Below are positions 61,906 through 64,000 of a stretch of DNA of 64,000 bases, one piece after another (within the stretch, counting starts at the first letter, position 1; every line of letters starts with the position of its first letter). Origin of the DNA: Octopus sinensis (Eukaryota). Both the position numbers and the translations under genes were made by a program. Location: NCBI RefSeq assembly GCF_006345805.1, contig NC_043014.1, positions 35,030,001 to 35,094,000 of the forward strand, in the 5' to 3' direction. The notes beneath the pieces are model-generated. The model was not told the origin of the DNA. It was given only the letters and a program-made list of their open reading frames with translations, and did no database searches.

Positions 61906-62440
61906 GAGTGCGAGAGCAGTGCATGCCATGAAAATGACACTGGAGTAAAATATACGAAGCCCATTATACTCATCATGACAACCCGTGTGATAAGAGTACA
62001 CCAGGCACATGCATCACAACTATGTGCGTGACATGGTGATCTTATATCAAGATAAACAGCACATGAACTTGCAGGTGGAGCCCAATTAAAATTTTCTTCA
62101 GGTTGAGTAGCCCATCCCGCTCAAAAGGTCCCTGAATAAGTTTGTTTAATGATGATGAACACAATACCCATATCTCCAGATGTAAATTATCCAACTCCCA
62201 GAGAATTCCTCTTAGCACATGGCTATGATGCCTCCCACCACTACTTCTGCTCATGATCAGAGATGCCACGAAGGGGCATGATCAACTGGCTAACGTAAAG
62301 CAACTGACGAGAAAATCTGTGGTATTGAGCAGAATATTTACTGTAGTCCATCTTTTATAACAAGACAAAACATGTACATGATAGCACTTCCAATCAGTTA
62401 AGATCAAAAGCCGTGAGAGCCACTGCCTGGTACTGCATCA
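61906..62440. repeat. Interspersed repeat family D (fragments also at 2255-2370 and about 22720-22890)
   Basis: (ATT)n-GAGTG(A/C)GAGAGCAGTGCATGCCAT..ACACCAGGCACATGCATCACA shared by 2255 and 61906; class unknown. Confidence 0.65.
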
Positions 62441-62449
62441 GCTCACAGC

Positions 62450-64000
62450 TGATTTTGCTGGATATGACGGAAAGTACCAGCTGCCCACAGCCAGCAGACT
62501 AAAGTGACACTTATTTATTGATCATGCTCCAAGAACCCTTCGAAGAATTCTTACAGTTCCAAATAATGCTGATTTTTGTAGGTATTCTACCTTCACACTT
62601 GCAACAATCTTTTTCAGCCATGTTCGTAGTTGACTGCTGATACTTCCAAGTGCACCAATTACTATTGGTATCACGTCTACTCTCTTCATTGACCTCAACC
62701 TTCATATTTCCCACTTCAAATCGTCATTGTCTATTTTTCTTCTTCATTCACATTAGTCTTGTCGTCACCGGGGCAAACTATGTCGATTATCATACATGTT
62801 CTTTCTTTTTATTCACCACAACAATGTCCTGTTTCAGATATCTGGTCGGATGATCGCACTGGATCATTGCATCCCACAGGATTTTGCAATTCTCATTTTC
62901 GCTGACTCCTTCTGGAGTTTTCTCATACCACATCCTTGCTCTTTGTAAGCCGTGATTTCCACAGAGCTCCCAATGGCTCATCCTTGCCATATTGTCATGT
63001 CGTCTTTTGTATTCGCGTTGTGCCAATTTCTGGCATTCGCTAACGATGTGCCATACTGTTTCACACCTCTCACCACGCATTCTGCATTTGTCGCTATCAG
63101 TAGCTTTGTGCACTTCATATAATTGGTCCTGAATGCTTGTTCCTGTACTGCGCATATGAGTACTTCTGTCTCTATCTTCAGTTCACTCCTCATCCATAGC
63201 TACCGGTCCTGTGTTCAAATCTTTTACAAACTGGCTATACTTTTCTTTTCCTTTCATGTTTTCTTTTACCATTTCTTGTTTACATTTATCCTTCGTTACC
63301 CAATTTTCAGTTTTGATGACGCCGGCCTTCTTCGTGTGTTTCAAAAGTGGCTCCACGGAATTTTTTATATATCACACTAAGCTGTTTCCCCCCGCTTCGA
63401 TACAGTCCTGGTAACTGATCAAACCTCTCCCACCCTTTCTTCTGGACATGTACAGCCTATCGGTGTCACTCTTAGGGTGGAAGACTCTGTGTACTGTCAA
63501 CATCTTTCTGGTATTGGTATCCATTTTCTTCACTTCTCTCTTTTGCCTTTTTATAATTTCCGCGCCATACCGCAGTGATGCTTTCAGCTACATATTCACT
63601 GCTTGGATTTTATTCTATCTCGTCAATTTTGAGTGTAACACCAATTTCAGTCTTCGGAAATATTCCATCCTCAGTTGCTCTTTTCTTTCCTTTTCCATTA
63701 TCTCATTGAATTCCAGTTACCAAGGTATCTTTGCGTTGCAATTTGTTTAATCAAGTCTCTATTCGGTAATTCTATCCATGCTAGGTACTGTACCCCACCT
63801 CTTTTTAGGTAGATTATTCCGCACTTGAGTCCAAATTGTATTTTATATCAGTGCTAAAACAGTGGACTGTGTTCACCAATGAACTCACTTGTGTCTCATC
63901 TTTGCCTTACAGTTTCAAATCATCCATGAAGAGGAGGTGGTTGAATGTTTGGGATTTTCCCTCTAGTTGGTACTCCAGGTTAATTTTCCTAAATACCTAG
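62450..64000 (-). mobile_element. R4/Dong-like element with RT, CCHC and RLE remnants; runs off the window end
   Basis: NHLLFMDDLKL near 63.94 kb; KCRM..ETVWHIVSECQKLAQREYKRRHD; KILWD..IQCD; frameshifts and stops. Confidence 0.85.

Overview
AT-rich, microsatellite- and transposon-dense animal genomic DNA. The repeat families look like those I associate with Octopus (inference; no database search possible). One host gene is supported: a complete copine (CPNE1/2/3-type, C2A-C2B-vWA) on the minus strand. I reconstructed 14 coding exons (ATG 40138 to TAG 3235, 543 aa), each with GT-AG boundaries and consistent phases; its non-coding first exon lies further upstream, with a candidate promoter near 58.45 kb. 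The rest is repeat: three tRNA-derived SINE families; fragments of RTE, CR1-like, Tx1/L1-like, R4/Dong-like and Penelope-like retroelements; a DD36E Tc1 element, a mariner, a Tigger/pogo, two Helitrons, MITEs, about ten unrelated fold-back hairpins, and mini/microsatellites. The most notable observations are: (1) a minimal type-I hammerhead ribozyme with a fully canonical core (17748-17835) and a second, unrelated one with a U4C change (34643-34746), both in the sense orientation of the copine pre-mRNA introns; (2) an intron that is almost wall-to-wall hairpins; (3) a SINE sharing its 3' tail with a Tx1-like LINE; (4) R4/Dong-like elements sitting in (TAA)n; (5) an RTE ending in three C2H2 fingers. 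Most short ORFs in the supplied track are microsatellite or SINE artefacts. No CRISPR, rRNA or true tRNA gene was seen.
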